Source of the DNA: Tubulanus polymorphus
Taxonomy: Eukaryota; Animalia; Nemertea
DNA length: 64,000 nucleotides
Reading direction: 5' to 3'
Assembly: GCF_964204645.1 (NCBI RefSeq)
Contig: NC_134032.1
Span: forward strand, 4,984,175-5,048,174
The notes below the pieces were generated by a model. That model ran no database searches, had not been told where the DNA came from, and was given only the letters and a program-made list of their open reading frames with translations. Position numbers and translations under genes: made by a program. Shown in pieces: positions 49,301 through 63,186 of this stretch; the first letter of the stretch is position 1; each line of letters begins with the position of its first letter.

Positions 49301-52300
49301 ATGGAAGCAAATAAGTACTACTGTCCAACATGTAATATCAATATAGATAAATCCCAAAAAGCAAGACACAATAAAACTAAAACACATTTAGAGAATAAAT
49401 TGAAATTAGAATATAAACATGATATATTAGAAACTAAATTAGATGAATTAAAGAATGAAAAAGAAACATACAAATGTGATACATGTAATCAATCATTCAG
49501 TGATAAAAGATATTATAATGAACATTTAAAATCTAAAAGTCATATTAGAAATATGAATAATGATATTTTAGGTGAAGATTATTTTGATAAAGATAATGAT
49601 AAGAAACAGAAGGCAATTAAAAGCATAAAAAATAAATTAAACAATAAAAGACCATACATGGAAGATGTAAGAAATTATATTAATTCATAAGATAATAAAA
49701 AAGATATAGAGATAACCGAAGCATTCAAAAGTGATATTGGCCCAGCAGCTATCGAGTTTAAATTTCATAAAGGAAAAACATTAGAAGAAAATAAAAAACA
49801 TTTAGAAAATATGTAAGAAATAATAAAAATAATAACTGATGTTGAATATCCTAAAATTAGTATATCAGTTAAAGTTAAATTCATAAAATCTGAAGATAAA
49901 CCAATATATAATATAAATTCTCATTCACAACATATTATATCTAAACAACATATAGATGATAAATTAGATAAATATTATAATGAAGTAAAAACTAAAATAG
50001 AAGAGACATATTTTGAAGGATCTGGTTTAATATTTGATGAAATAATATTTATGACTTTACATGTTTATAACACAAAATATAATAAGTTAACTAAATCAAA
50101 ACCAATTGATGAAAATAATGTATCATATTATAAAGAACCAGATATTGAAGCATCGAGTTATATTAAACTACCATTTAAAACTAATGCTGTAATATATGTA
50201 CAAAATGAAGATGATAAATGTTTTCTATGGGCTATAATAAGTTGCTTACACCCAGTTGAAGATTATAATAAACATACTATAGATTAACTCATTATAAACC
50301 ATTTAAAAATAATTATAAGATAGATAAGTATCCTTATAGAATTAAAAACGTCCCAAAAATAGAAAGAGATAATAATATAAAGATAAATGTATTTGATTTA
50401 AACAAATTACCAAATACAAAAGGTAACAATATAAAACATTATTGATTAGAACCTTTATATTTATCAAAAGATTATGATTCAAATGATGTTATAGATATAC
50501 TATATTATGAGAATCATTATATGTGGATTAAACAAATCGATTTATTTTTTAAATCAGAAAAAGATCACCATAATAAAATATATCTATGTAGAAAATGTTT
50601 ACATAGATTCAGTAATGAAAGTACATTATTAAATCATAAACAATTATGTGAAAATCATGATTATTGTAAATTAGTTTTACCAAATGAAAAAGATAAAATA
50701 TTAGAATTCAAAAAATATGATTACAAAAATAAAGTACCATTTGTAATATATGGAGATTTTGAATCACTAAATAAAGAATTAACTGATCAAGATAGAAAAG
50801 AAATATATTATAAAAGAAAGAAATTAAATTCTAATGAAAATGATTTTTCAGATGAACCACCAAAAACAAATACTATTAAAAAGATTCATCAATCAGCTGC
50901 AGCTTTCGGGTTATATATTAAATCTGATTATCCAGAACTAATCAAAAGTGAATATTATAATTATAGAAATGAAAATGTTATCAATCATTTTTGCGACTTA
51001 TTAATTGAATATGAAATGAAGTTTAGTAAACTATTAGATACAAATATAGAAATTACAATGACAGAAGAAGATAAAGAAGAATTTGAGTTTTCAGATAAAT
51101 GTTATTATTGCGAAAAACTATTTAATCTAACAGATAAAAAAGTAAGAGACCATGATCATTTGAAAGGAAAGTTTAGAGGCGCCGCGCATGAGAATTGTAA
51201 CTTACAAGCGAAGAAAATTAATTTTGTACCAGTTATATTTCATAATCTATCAGGATATGATGCACATTTATTCATCAAACAGTTATGTCATAAAATAGAA
51301 GAAATTAATAATGAAATAGAAAGATTAAATTCAAATAGATCAAAAGATAAAAATACCAACTTATAAATTTAGAATGTTAGCTAAAACATCTGAGAATTAT
51401 ATATCATTCCAATTTGGGTGTTTAAGATTTATAAATTCATATAGATTTTTAAATAGTTCATTACATAACTTATCAAAATCATTAGTTGATGATGATTATA
51501 ACAACACTATCCAAAACAACACTATCCAAATAATGATGATTTTCAATTAATGAGATATAAAGGCGCAATTCCATATTCTTTCTATAAAAATCATAATGAT
51601 TTCAATATAACTGAATTATTAAAAGAACAATTCTATGATGAATTAAAAAATGAATATGTTAAAGATGAAGTCTATAATAGAACATTGAATATTTGGAATC
51701 ATTTCAAAATAGAAAATCATGGGCAATTAGTAGATATATATTTAAAATCAGATGTATTATTATTAACCGATATATTCGAAAGGTTTAGAGATGTTAACCT
51801 AAGATATTTTAATATTGATCCATGTCATTGTTATTCATCACCAGGTTTAACATGGGATTGTGGATTAAAATTTACAGATATAAAAATGGATTTGTTAACA
51901 AATATAGATCAATTACTATTATTTGAAAAATCTATAAGAGGAGGAGTTTCAGGTGTATTAGGTGATAGATATTTCAATGTAAATGATAACCCTGGATATA
52001 AGTTATTATATATAGATGCAAATAATTTGTATGGATGGGCAATGATGGAACCACAACCTTATGGAGTATTTGAATTAACTGAAGTTTTACAGAATGAAAA
52101 TAATGACAAATTTGATTGGAAGAAAAGAATTCTAGATATTGCAGATGATTCAGATACTGGTTACTTTTTTGTTGTAGATTGAGAATATCCTGAACATATT
52201 AAATTTAAATCTAGAAATCTAGCATACTGTCCAGAACATAAAACTGTAACTCATGAAGAATTATCGAATTACCAAAAAAGAATTAAACCCGAAAATCATA

Positions 52301-53350
52301 TTCATACAGAAAAGTTAATGGTAACTCAAGAAGATAAATATAATTATGTAGTACATTATAGAATGTTAAAGTTTTATTTGAGTCAAGGAATGATTCTAAA
52401 AAAAAGTACATAGATATATTTCATTTAGTCAATCTAAGTGGTTAGAAAAATATATAGATTTTAACACCAAACAGAGAACTGAAGCTAAAACTGATTTCGA
52501 GAAAGATTTCTTCAAGTTAATGAATAACGCATTCTATGGTAAGACTTGTGAAAATATTAGAAATAGAAATGATATTGAGTTAGTAAGTAATGGCAAAAGG
52601 ATAAGGCATTTACAATCATATCCTAAGTTCATTGGTAACAGAATATTTGATGAAAATTAAGCTGCAGTTAAGATGAGAAGAACATCAATGAAATTTAATA
52701 AACCAATCTATGTTGGAGCATCAGTTTTAGAATTATCAAAATTACTTATGTATGAATTTGATTATAACATATTACAACCACTTTTTGGAGAAAAACATAT
52801 AGAAATATTATATTTTGATACCGACAGTTACATATTAATGATAAAAACTGATAACATAACTGATGATTTAAAAACATTAAAACATCATTTTGATTTTAGT
52901 AACTATCCTAAAGATCATGAATTGTTTAGCAATGATAATAACAAAGTTCCAGGGAAGTTTAAGGATGAATTAGGTGGTGAAGAAATGATTGAATTCATTG
53001 GTATTAGATCTAAAATGTATTCATATAAAACTAAAGAACATGAATCTAAAAAGTTAAAAGGAATAACTAAAAGTGTAGTAGAAAAGAATATTCATTTCAA
53101 AGGTTACATCAATTGTATATTCAATGGAGAAGTTAGAAAACATGAGATGAGATGTTTAAGATCTGAAGATCATGAAATGTTTATTGCAGAAATTGAAAAG
53201 ATAAGTCTAAACCCATTTGATGATAAAAGATATATTCTGGATGATGGAATTCATACAGTTGCTTATGGTTGTAATTTAGATGAATACTTAAAATTTAAAA
53301 GAGAAGAAACAAAAGAGAACGAGATAATGAAAAGAATTCTAACGTGTTAA
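49301..53350 (+). pseudogene. polB: Protein-primed DNA polymerase B, intein-free, fragmented
   Basis: NEDDKCFLW, VIYGDFES, VRDHDHLKGKFRGAAHENCNL, FHNLSGYD, YIDANNLYGWAM, KLMNNAFYGK and uninterrupted YFDTDS at ~52811. Confidence 0.96.
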
Positions 53351-53379
53351 TCAAATTTCAATAAAAATATGTATAATAA

Positions 53380-53721
53380 ATGGAGAGTAAACAAGCACAC
53401 AGTGAATTCTTAAATAAAATAAAAGATACTTCAAATGTCAAATCAGTAGATTATAAATTTAAGAAGTTAAAAGAATTAATAATCCATAAGAAATATCTAA
53501 TTACAAATATTGATACAGTTACTAACAAATATGGAGATAAATTAGTTATACACTTAGAATATGAACGATTAAAAGGAAGTACACATAAATTCAGAACATA
53601 TTTACCGGATAGATTTCATAGATTATCAAGTGAAGATTTAGAAGAAATATGTTCTGGAGATTTCTATTTCGTATACAAAGGTAAGAATGAAAAGGGGCAC
53701 CATGAAATAGATTTCGAATAA
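53380..53721 (+). CDS. 113-aa protein, possibly an OB-fold ssDNA-binding protein
   Basis: Intact, directly after pPolB, beta-rich pattern (TNKYG, YLPDRF, FVYKG). Function is a guess. Confidence 0.55.
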   Translation: MESKQAHSEFLNKIKDTSNVKSVDYKFKKLKELIIHKKYLITNIDTVTNKYGDKLVIHLEYERLKGSTHKFRTYLPDRFHRLSSEDLEEICSGDFYFVYKGKNEKGHHEIDFE

Positions 53722-53738
53722 GAAAATATGTAAAATAA

Positions 53739-54498
53739 ATGGCGGAATTAAAAGAATACAGAATATTTGTTGATTCAAGAAAACTTACAAATTATAAATC
53801 TCATAATTTACTAGTACAATTAGATAGAGAATTTAAGAATTGTGTTGATTTAAAATTAGTTAATATAGGTTTATGTAATTCTTTTTATAATATAACGGAT
53901 AAAACTATTGAAGATAATGCTTTTATGATTCATATTAGAAATGTAAATAAATGGTTTCACCTAATTTTAAAACCAGGATTATATAATTTAGAAACATTAG
54001 CTCAAGAAATTAATAGAAGAGCACGGTTGAAAATTAGAAGAGATGATAAATTTTTAATCAGATTTATAAAAAGTGATAGCACAAATAAGATTAAAATAAA
54101 GGTATATGATGAAAGTCAACATGCATTTATGGTAAAAAAAACCATTAGCTAAATTGCTAGGAATTGCACCAGATACTGTTACAGGAAACATAGATGGTAA
54201 TTCAAATATAATACCTTTTACACACTTTTATATTTATTGCAATTTAATCGAGCCTACAAAAACTTTCGAAGCAACTAAAGAAACAATTTGTAGTTCTGGT
54301 ATACTAAATATTTTACCGCTGAAAAATGTTAAACAATTTGGAACTCAAATAAATTATAATTTAACATAATGTGATTTTAAACCTTGTATTCCTAAATTTA
54401 ACAATTTTAAATTAGAAATAAGAAATCATAATGGATATTTAATTGATTTGAATAACTTTCCTGTAATTTATGAATTAGTTATAAGATGTAGAGAGTAA
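53739..54498 (+). pseudogene. Minor capsid protein (penton), disrupted
   Basis: Homolog of 18368-19146. Confidence 0.72.
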
Positions 54499-54514
54499 TT
54501 TTTTCACTATATAA

Positions 54515-54870
54515 ATGAATTTAATGTTGGACCGCGTATATGTTTTGGGTTTGATTTTAAACATGAGAAAGAAATGAAATTTAACATTAATGATGTAATT
54601 TCACATATCAAAAATATTACATTTTCTAATGAAACAACATTTGAGTATGAAACAACAATAGATAAAGAAACTTTTAATGTAGATAAGATTACTAATTTAA
54701 TTAGAAAATCTTTAATATTTTATGAATTAGATGAAGATTTTATCATCGATGATATTAAAAAAATAATAATTGAAATATATACAAATGAAACTAGTAATGA
54801 AATAAATGTTGAATTAATCATAAATAAGTTAACTAAATATTTTGATGATAGTAATTTTTTTGATAAATAA
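54515..54870 (+). pseudogene. Acidic small Polinton ORF
   Basis: Homolog at ~19143-19498 in copy B. Confidence 0.5.
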
Positions 54871-55115
54871 ATGAGTGATAATAAGTGGATAATAACTGGA
54901 TTATATAATGGAGCATTACTATCAGTTGGAACTGTTGGTTATTCAATGGTATTAAAAAAGTACTTAAAATGGGAAGTGTTAATGTTGATAGATTTAATAT
55001 AAATGATATTTTAAAATTAACATTAGCAGTTACTTTATCTAATTTAACTATTGATTATTTAGAAAAACAAAAATATATTCCTCCCATATAAATGCATAAT
55101 TATTTTACTAAATAA

Positions 55116-55514
55116 ATGGCTTCTGCAGTTATAACTATTATAGGATCGGCAATTGTTAACGCTTTAGCATTTACTGGTGGTGGATATTTATTTAAACATA
55201 GATTAAAAAGACGTAACTTAGATTTAGAGAAATACAATAAAGCAGCAGAAGAATATAGAGAAAAGAGACAAAACTATATGGATTATATTAACAAGGAATT
55301 ATATGATCAGAAGATTTCACATAGTGATTTTCAATCAGTCGATGATGCAATGAGTTTATATAACGCAGTTACCAATAAAGAAAAATTACATCTATACAAA
55401 CCTAAATTATCAGATTATTATACCCCAAGTAATGAACAGAAGAAATATGAAATAATATGGATTTTAGGCGGAACTGTTATTGTTATATTTGTTGCTTATA
55501 AGTTTACTAATTAG
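55116..55514 (+). CDS. Polinton membrane-anchored protein
   Basis: Homolog of 19749-20171 with a small deletion. Confidence 0.68.
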   Translation: MASAVITIIGSAIVNALAFTGGGYLFKHRLKRRNLDLEKYNKAAEEYREKRQNYMDYINKELYDQKISHSDFQSVDDAMSLYNAVTNKEKLHLYKPKLSDYYTPSNEQKKYEIIWILGGTVIVIFVAYKFTN

Positions 55515-55982
55515 TAATTTTTTTTGCTAAATAAATGGAAGATAAAGTTGATAATATTGATATAATTCCTCATGATATTAATAAAACTAAATTAAAAATA
55601 TATTTAGAAAAACAAATATTAGAATTTGAAGATAAAAAAGAAAAAATATTTAAAATCTAAAATTATATATTATTTGATTATAAGCGGTTCGGTTACAATT
55701 AGTTCTGTAATAACATTTCTAGCAATATTCAGTCCATTAACACCTTTAGCTATATCAATTGGTGTGTTAGGATTATCATCAAGTGTTTTAACCGGCATAA
55801 GTTCTAAATTAAATATAAAAAGTAATAAAGTAATAAAGAAAAAATTAAAACTAATATAAAAGAAATTAATAAATTGAAGAATACACTAGATTATATAATG
55901 AGTTTAAATGGCCATATAACAGTTGAAGAACAAGATAAATTATTAAAAGAATTAATAAATTATTATTTTTTTAATAAAATAA

Positions 55983-57310
55983 ATGGTAGATAGTTTTCCA
56001 AAAGCTTTCCAATATAATAAATCAATTAAATATAATATTCCTGCAATAGATTTTAATAAAGATATTACATATAGAAATGAAGTTTTAAATTCATTAATTG
56101 ATTTATATATTTATGTTACTGAAAGTAATAATTTTCATGTAAAGATGGAAAATGTATTTCATGTGTATACAATCAGTTTCAAAAATTTAAATGAGGCAAA
56201 ACAATGGTTATTAAAATCTAATATGAAGTATTGGCAGAACCAATTAAATTTTGCTGTTTATTGTGCAACAACAGGTTGTGGAATTATTTGGAATGATCAT
56301 TTAAACAAACCAAGTTTACCATTGATGTTATCACTTTTTAGATTTCATACATATTTTCAAATAAAATTAATATTAGATGAATTAGAATGTCCTTTACCAG
56401 GTTCAAAATATTTTAAAGAATTGAATAATAATATTAATTTTTCTAAGTTTTATGAAATATGTAATGAATTTAAAATTAATTCAAATAAAGATTTTAGAGC
56501 AAAAATTGGAACAATGGGTGGATTAGGAATATTGTATACTAAAGAATTTGGAAAAATAATGAAAAATTCAGATAAAAGAACACTAAATTGGAATGAATTA
56601 CCAAAATATTATAATAATATACAACAACAAAATAATAATGGTTGGGTTAATTTCATTTTAGAAAATAGTGAAGGTTTTACTAAAGCTGGAATACAAAGAA
56701 TAAATCAATCTATTAGAACTTATTTGATATGTATTCTAGGTGCGCAAGTTGAAACAAGATCCCCAATAATTGGAAATGATAACACTTCTTTCGATGCGCA
56801 GAAACAATTTAAAGTATTATTTGAAGATTCAATTCATAATGATAAAAATAGATCGATTCCGGAAAACATTGTAAGATATCAAAATTATTTAGATAAATCA
56901 CATATTAGATTAAATTATTGTATAGGCCCTAATCTATTAATTATTTCTAATGATTTAGTATTAAAGATGGGAAATATAATTGGTTATAATAATCTAATTA
57001 AAACAGCAACAATAAATAATTCATTTGGATTGAATGATATAAATAAAAAGATTATTACTGCTCCAAAATTAATGGAAGGTGAAAAAAATAAAAAAACATT
57101 CAATGAACTGAAACTAAAACTAATAATATTAAATTAAATAATGATTCTAAAATTAAAGATTACAATACATCAGAAAATATTAGAACTGATAATATACAAC
57201 ATGATATAATTACACGAACTGATGATAATAAATCCCATGAAAATACTAAATTAGCTATAACTTTTATAGGAATTGTAATCGGAGGAATATCATATTTTAG
57301 ATTTTAATTT
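55983..57310 (+). pseudogene. Conserved Polinton protein with 3' frameshift
   Basis: Homolog of 20632-21915. Confidence 0.68.
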
Positions 57311-57323
57311 TTTTATTATGTAA

Positions 57324-58802
57324 ATGGCAGAAGGTGGAGAAGATATTCCAATGGGTACTTTTGGTGATGAACCCGGTATAAGTGATGAACCACAACCTGA
57401 TTTTAATGAAACTAATATTGATAATGATGATGAATCATCATATAATTCTAATTAAGCAGATAGTGGTTCTAAAGCCCCATCAACAGATGAACATGATAGA
57501 AGAACTAGATCGAGAATACCTACTGAAAATTTAGACCCAGGTTTAGAAAGAGAAAATATAGAAAATTATGAATATATTTATAAATTCAAACCTGCATTTG
57601 AAAGATCTGGGTATAATATAAATGATAAAGTCGCCAGATTTTTAGTAAAAAAATTAAAACTTTTTAAAGGTAAATATTATTATCAGTTGGATGGTGGTTA
57701 TTATATTGATATCACTGATCAAAGAACAAAACTAAACAAAATATTAGCAAAATCAACTTTGAGTGATTTAAAAATATCTAGAATTAAAAGAATAAGTAAT
57801 AGTAATGAAATAACTGATATTACACAAGAAGAAAAAGATGATAATATAAGAGTATTTGGTGAAAGAATTGATGACTTATTTAAAATAATCAATAAAAATT
57901 CAGAACCAGAAACAATTCCTAAAGAACCAGAAACAATTCCTAAAGAAGTTATTAATTCCAAAACTAGTAAACTTAATTCAAGAGAAGTTCAAACTGAAAA
58001 ACTTTTACCGAAGGGATTACTTGATGCAACAGATCAACAATTAGAAGATTTAAATATATTTTCTAAAAAAACAATTAGAGAAATAATAAGTATACGAAAT
58101 GAAACTGATAAAATTGCGCGCGAAAAACATATTAGATATAATAAAATTAAACCTTTAGAAAATAAATTATTTGACACCAGAAAAGAATTAGAACAATTAG
58201 AATTAGATAGAGAATTTAAAGTTATTGAAGAAATTGAATTTAAAAAAAGAAATGCATATTTAGAAAAAGAAATTGATGATTTAGAATATAACATAGAATT
58301 TGAAAAAGAAAAAATGAAATTATTATTAAAATCATATGATTATTGTATTAATAGATTTAAAGTTGTTGTTAAAGAGTTGATACTAAAACCAAATTCTGAC
58401 ATATCACTAAAAGATAGAATAAAATTATTATTTAAGTTTGAAGGAATAACAATTCTTTCAATTCTAACAGCTGTAACTATGTAATTTACAACAATTGGTT
58501 TAGCGATATCAAATGCTTTAAAATCTACTCCTACTCCCAATAAACCAGATAAACCCCCGAATGATAATAATTCTATACAAGATAAAGTTAAAGATGGTTT
58601 AAAGAAATTAGCAAAATATTTATGGGAACTATCAAAGAAATCTGCTGCAGCATTACCAGGAATTATTGCATCAATTGTTGGTTTTATATTGAAATCTGCA
58701 GGAAACATTATTAACTTTGCTGCTGAACATATTATTTTATTTTCAATTACAGTTGTAAGTGCTATTATTTTTGGGTAAGTAAACATGATAAAAAATAAAT
58801 AA
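57324..58802 (+). pseudogene. Polinton coiled-coil protein with C-terminal membrane segments, disrupted
   Basis: TAAATG start; ORF 57687-58484 rich in E/K heptads; the 3' part matches 110-559. Confidence 0.65.
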
Positions 58803-58822
58803 TTAATTTTTTTGTTAAATAA

Positions 58823-59444
58823 ATGAGTGGGAGTTATATAAGTCCTTCTAAGATTTCTAGAATATCTAATGCTATTAAAGCAGAAAGATCACATCATATA
58901 ATTACTCATAACCCTTCTAATATTAATCCCGATGAAACTTTATATGTTAGAATTCCTCGATTAACACAAAATACTTTTTATGTTCCAAATAATATTTATT
59001 ATCAGCCGATATAAAAGTAATCGGTAATAATAATAATTATGTTGTCGATAATGTTGGAAGATATTTGATTAAAAAATTAACTATAAAGATTGGTCCAGAA
59101 ACAGTTTTCTCATTGGATGATTATAATTTATTTATGCATTATAAAGATTTATGGTTAACTAAAGAAAACAGAAATAATATGATATTTCAAGGAATCCAAT
59201 CAGAAAACCAAAATAAATTAAGATCAGGAGCTAATGACGCAATAGTAAACTCGTACCGCAGATAATTTGATAAAAAAGATTTATGGAAGCAAATATAAAA
59301 TTCCATTAGACTTTGAATTGATAAATAATAATGCGCCTTTATATAAATATGCAATTCAAGAAGACGTTATATTCGAAATAAAATTTGCTCCTGTTAATGA
59401 AATTGTATTATCTAGCGTTGTTAAAGATATGAGTTATAAATTAT
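58823..59444 (+). pseudogene. Major capsid protein, 5' half only
   Basis: Matches 580-1184, then jumps to the equivalent of ~2020 (deletion of about 0.8 kb). Confidence 0.75.
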
Positions 59445-60625
59445 GGTGTTGTTGATAATTTAAGTAATTTAATACCTACTACATCTAATAATGTAATACC
59501 TACTACATCTAATAATGTAATACCTACTACATCTAATAATGTAATACCTACTACATCTAATAATGTAATACCCTCTACATCAAATAATGTAATACCTACT
59601 ACATATAATAATGCAATAATATTAAATGTTAGTGAAAATAGAAATTATTGTGATTATTGTAAAGGTGAATTTTCAAACGCTCCATCAAATTGGAATAAAC
59701 ATATGAATACAAATTCACATATTACTAATGTTATAGAACGTGTTGGTTTAAGAGAATTTATAGAACACGCATTTAAATATGTTACAAAATTTGTTTCAAA
59801 TAAAAAAGTAAATGGTAAAGAATTATATGAAGATTTTTTATTAGCAACACCTAATAAAGATGAATTAGATTTAACCGATGCTAATAAAATATTAGGATCA
59901 AACACTGTAAATGAAATATTAGGAGCAAACACTAATAAAGATGATAATGAAAATGGCGCCATACGGCACCCACATGGTGATATAGTTACAGATAAGCATA
60001 TTGATAATAAAGATTCTATGAAACATTAAGTAGTAACTATTGATGATGTGATAGAAAGGATGAATAAGCATAACAATGAAACAACTATTGATGATGCGGT
60101 AAAAAGGGCGAAGAATTAGTATAAAAATAATGAAGAATTAGAAGAAGATTCGGTAGAGAAATTGAATAGCTTGTTAGGGTCTGATAGTGAAAGTGATTCA
60201 GAAAGTAATTATCTAACAATCAAAAAGTAATAAAGGTTGAAAATAATAGTAAATAAAAAAGGGTGTTTTAGGTATTAAGGTATTTAATACATATCTAATA
60301 CGTATCTAATACGTATCTAATATGTATCCAATACATATTATTTGAAAATACCTTAAATTATATTTCTTTTTTAAATTTATATTGAAACCTCAGTAATAAT
60401 AAATAACCCTTATTATTTTCAAACTTATTCATATATTTGTTGAAAAAATAAAAACAAATTGGTTGAAAATTGTATAAATAATATTTATTTTAAAAAAGGG
60501 GGTTTTAAGTATTTAAGGTATCTAATAGGGTATCAGGTATTAGGGTATCAGGTATTAGGGTATCTAATGGGGTATCAGGTATTAGGGTATCTAATAGGGT
60601 ATCTAATACATAGATATATAAGTAG

Positions 60626-60922
60626 TTATTTTATAAACTTATATTCATAGGGAAATTGTAGTCTCAGTAATAATTTTGAACCTTTATTATTCTTTAATTT
60701 ATTCATATATTCATCATGTAATTCAGTAGGTATAATTTGATTTTCTTCCAATGATTGTTGCATAGATTTTCTATCTTTGTTATAAAATAAAACTAGAAAT
60801 CTTATATTCTCCCTAAAGTCTTTAACAATTGAATTATATTTTTGATTTAAAACCCATGTTGTTATCCCGAAATGTCTTCCAGAGAAAACTAGATAACATA
60901 ACTCACTTTCTCTAACTTTTGA
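60626..60922 (-). pseudogene. Packaging ATPase, 3' remnant
   Basis: Matches 3136-3432, then jumps to the equivalent of ~5858 (deletion of about 2.4 kb including the integrase). Confidence 0.88.
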
Positions 60923-61022
60923 GTATTCTTTTTTGAAAAGAAAATATTAATAATATAATAGAATTCACTAGCTAGTTGAAGTTATTGTTTTTTAATATTT
61001 TTTATTCAAAATCTATTATTCT

Positions 61023-61682
61023 TTAACCACTCATTAAAAACTCAACGTATTGTTCATTATTTGGATCATTGTTCCATTGATCAATAAATTTCTTTGCCTT
61101 TGTTAACTGTTCTAAATATAACTGTAAATCTAGTTTATTAGATTTAATTATGTTTTCCTTCTTTTCTAAAGGTCTTAAATTCTTCCAATTCCAACTAAGT
61201 TTTTTATTGTATTCATCATTCATGTTAAATTTAGAAATCGGTAACACGTGATCAATATGGTAATAATCCCCATAATTATCTATATTCATTTTATCATCGA
61301 ATTGATATACAATCCATGATTTGAGAAATTCATCTGAACAACCCAATAAATTAGATAATGTTTCTGAATGCGTTTCTTTGTTGAATAATTGTGTTAATCT
61401 AGATCTTAAGCATTGTTTCAATCTAAAATTAAGATCTGTTTGATATCTTTCTCTCATATATTCTGTCATATAATCATTATAAGCTTCTCTATTATCTTCT
61501 CGATATTGTTTGGTATATAGTTTAAAACAAGTTTTACAGTAATATTGAAAACTATCTTTGCTAATCTTACGCTTACTAAATTCTGTTAAAGCTAATTTAT
61601 CCAATTCACACTTCTTGTAATATATATTTATAACACCAGTGTTATTTGTAATATTGATAATTTGTGGTTGTTCTGGTTCCAT
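61023..61682 (-). CDS. HNH homing-endonuclease-like protein, 219 aa
   Basis: HIDHVLPISKF...NWKNLRPLEKKENIIKSNK; partial N-terminal Cys motifs; open ORF. Confidence 0.82.
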   Translation of the reverse strand: MEPEQPQIINITNNTGVINIYYKKCELDKLALTEFSKRKISKDSFQYYCKTCFKLYTKQYREDNREAYNDYMTEYMRERYQTDLNFRLKQCLRSRLTQLFNKETHSETLSNLLGCSDEFLKSWIVYQFDDKMNIDNYGDYYHIDHVLPISKFNMNDEYNKKLSWNWKNLRPLEKKENIIKSNKLDLQLYLEQLTKAKKFIDQWNNDPNNEQYVEFLMSG

Positions 61683-61804
61683 TTATTATATGTATTTTTT
61701 ACTAAATTGGTTAATATTTTAGAATCCTCTTCCATTTCTTCGACCAACGTCATCCTTTTTCATCCTTCGTTGCTTTTGATAAATTGTTTCGATTCCTTGT
61801 TATC

Positions 61805-62450
61805 TAAATAATACCACTGGGCAAAAGCGCGCATTCATGCGCGCTTTTGCTTAATGCGCATGCGTTAATCATAATTATATATTCATTCTATAAATTCTGT
61901 AAAATAGAAACAACACATGCGTTACATGCGTCACATGCGGCCATTGATGTCCGGTTTTGCTTAATGCACATGTGTTAATCATAATAGAAACAACCGACAT
62001 GAAATATCTAAATAATACCACTGGGCAAACCGCTCTTATAGGAGCGTTTTTGCTTAATGCGCATGCGCTAATCATAATTATATATTCATTCTGTAAATTA
62101 TGTAAAATAGAAACAACCGAACACAGAAAATATCAAAACGTGTTCGCATTAGGCAAAAGCGCGCATTCGTGCGCGGTTTTGCTTAATGCGCATGCGCTAA
62201 TCATAATTATATATAATTATGTAAATAGAAACAACCGACATGAAATATCTAAACGTGTTCGCATAAGGGAAACCGCGCATTCATGCGCGGTTTTGCTTAA
62301 TGCGCATGCGCTAATCATAATTATATTTACATAATGAATATATAATTATGTAAATAGAAACAACCGACATGAAATATCTAAATCATACCACTGAGCAAAC
62401 CGCGCATTCATGCGCGCTTTTGCTTAATGCGCATGCGCTAATCATAATTG
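61805..62450. repeat. Subterminal array of ~6 units (~120 bp) with GCGCATGCGC palindromes
   Basis: GCGCATTCATGCGCGGTTTTGCTTAATGCGCATGCGCTAATCATAATTAT repeated. Confidence 0.9.
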
Positions 62451-63186
62451 AAACGAATCATAATTGAAACGACTGAACATAAAAATTCACCAAACAGATT
62501 TACACAATACATTATACAAGTTGTTCGGCCGTTTCTTCCAATACATCATTTGATTTCTATAAATACAATTTATAATTACAAACATTTTTCAATTGCCGGT
62601 AAATATTTAACTACATCAACAAATGTTAAACTTAATCATTGGAGTCTTAATGTTTTTGAAATTCTTATATAGTTTCTTCGTCGATCTTTTAGCGATTCTT
62701 GTGCTAATTTCTATTGGTTCGATATCCATTGCTGTTGATTCCTCAGTCAGAAAGAGTATCTTGAGTTTCTCTATCACTTCTTGATGCGTATGGCGTTTTA
62801 TTAATCTAAAAGATATTAGCGGCAACTCCAGCCATCTAAAGGATATACTAAATACACTTAAATATATCTAAAGGTTTCATATTTAATAGCCCTAATAACT
62901 ACAAAAAACAGTACTTACATTTAGATTTAGAATTGTAAACTATAGACTCCTAATTTCGTTTCGAGAGATAGAATATCCTGAGCATAATGTTACAGCGCCT
63001 GTTCATTTCTTGCCACGTCATCTGGTTCCGGTTCTAGAGTGTTCTCTGCACGTTTGTAATAATGACTCATATGTCTCGGCGTCATAGTAACAGCTGTAAC
63101 AGCTGTGAATTTATAGATTTATTCAATAGTTCATTACATGAAATGTATATAGGCTCAAATAGAATCATGTTCTAGTATAAACAGCT

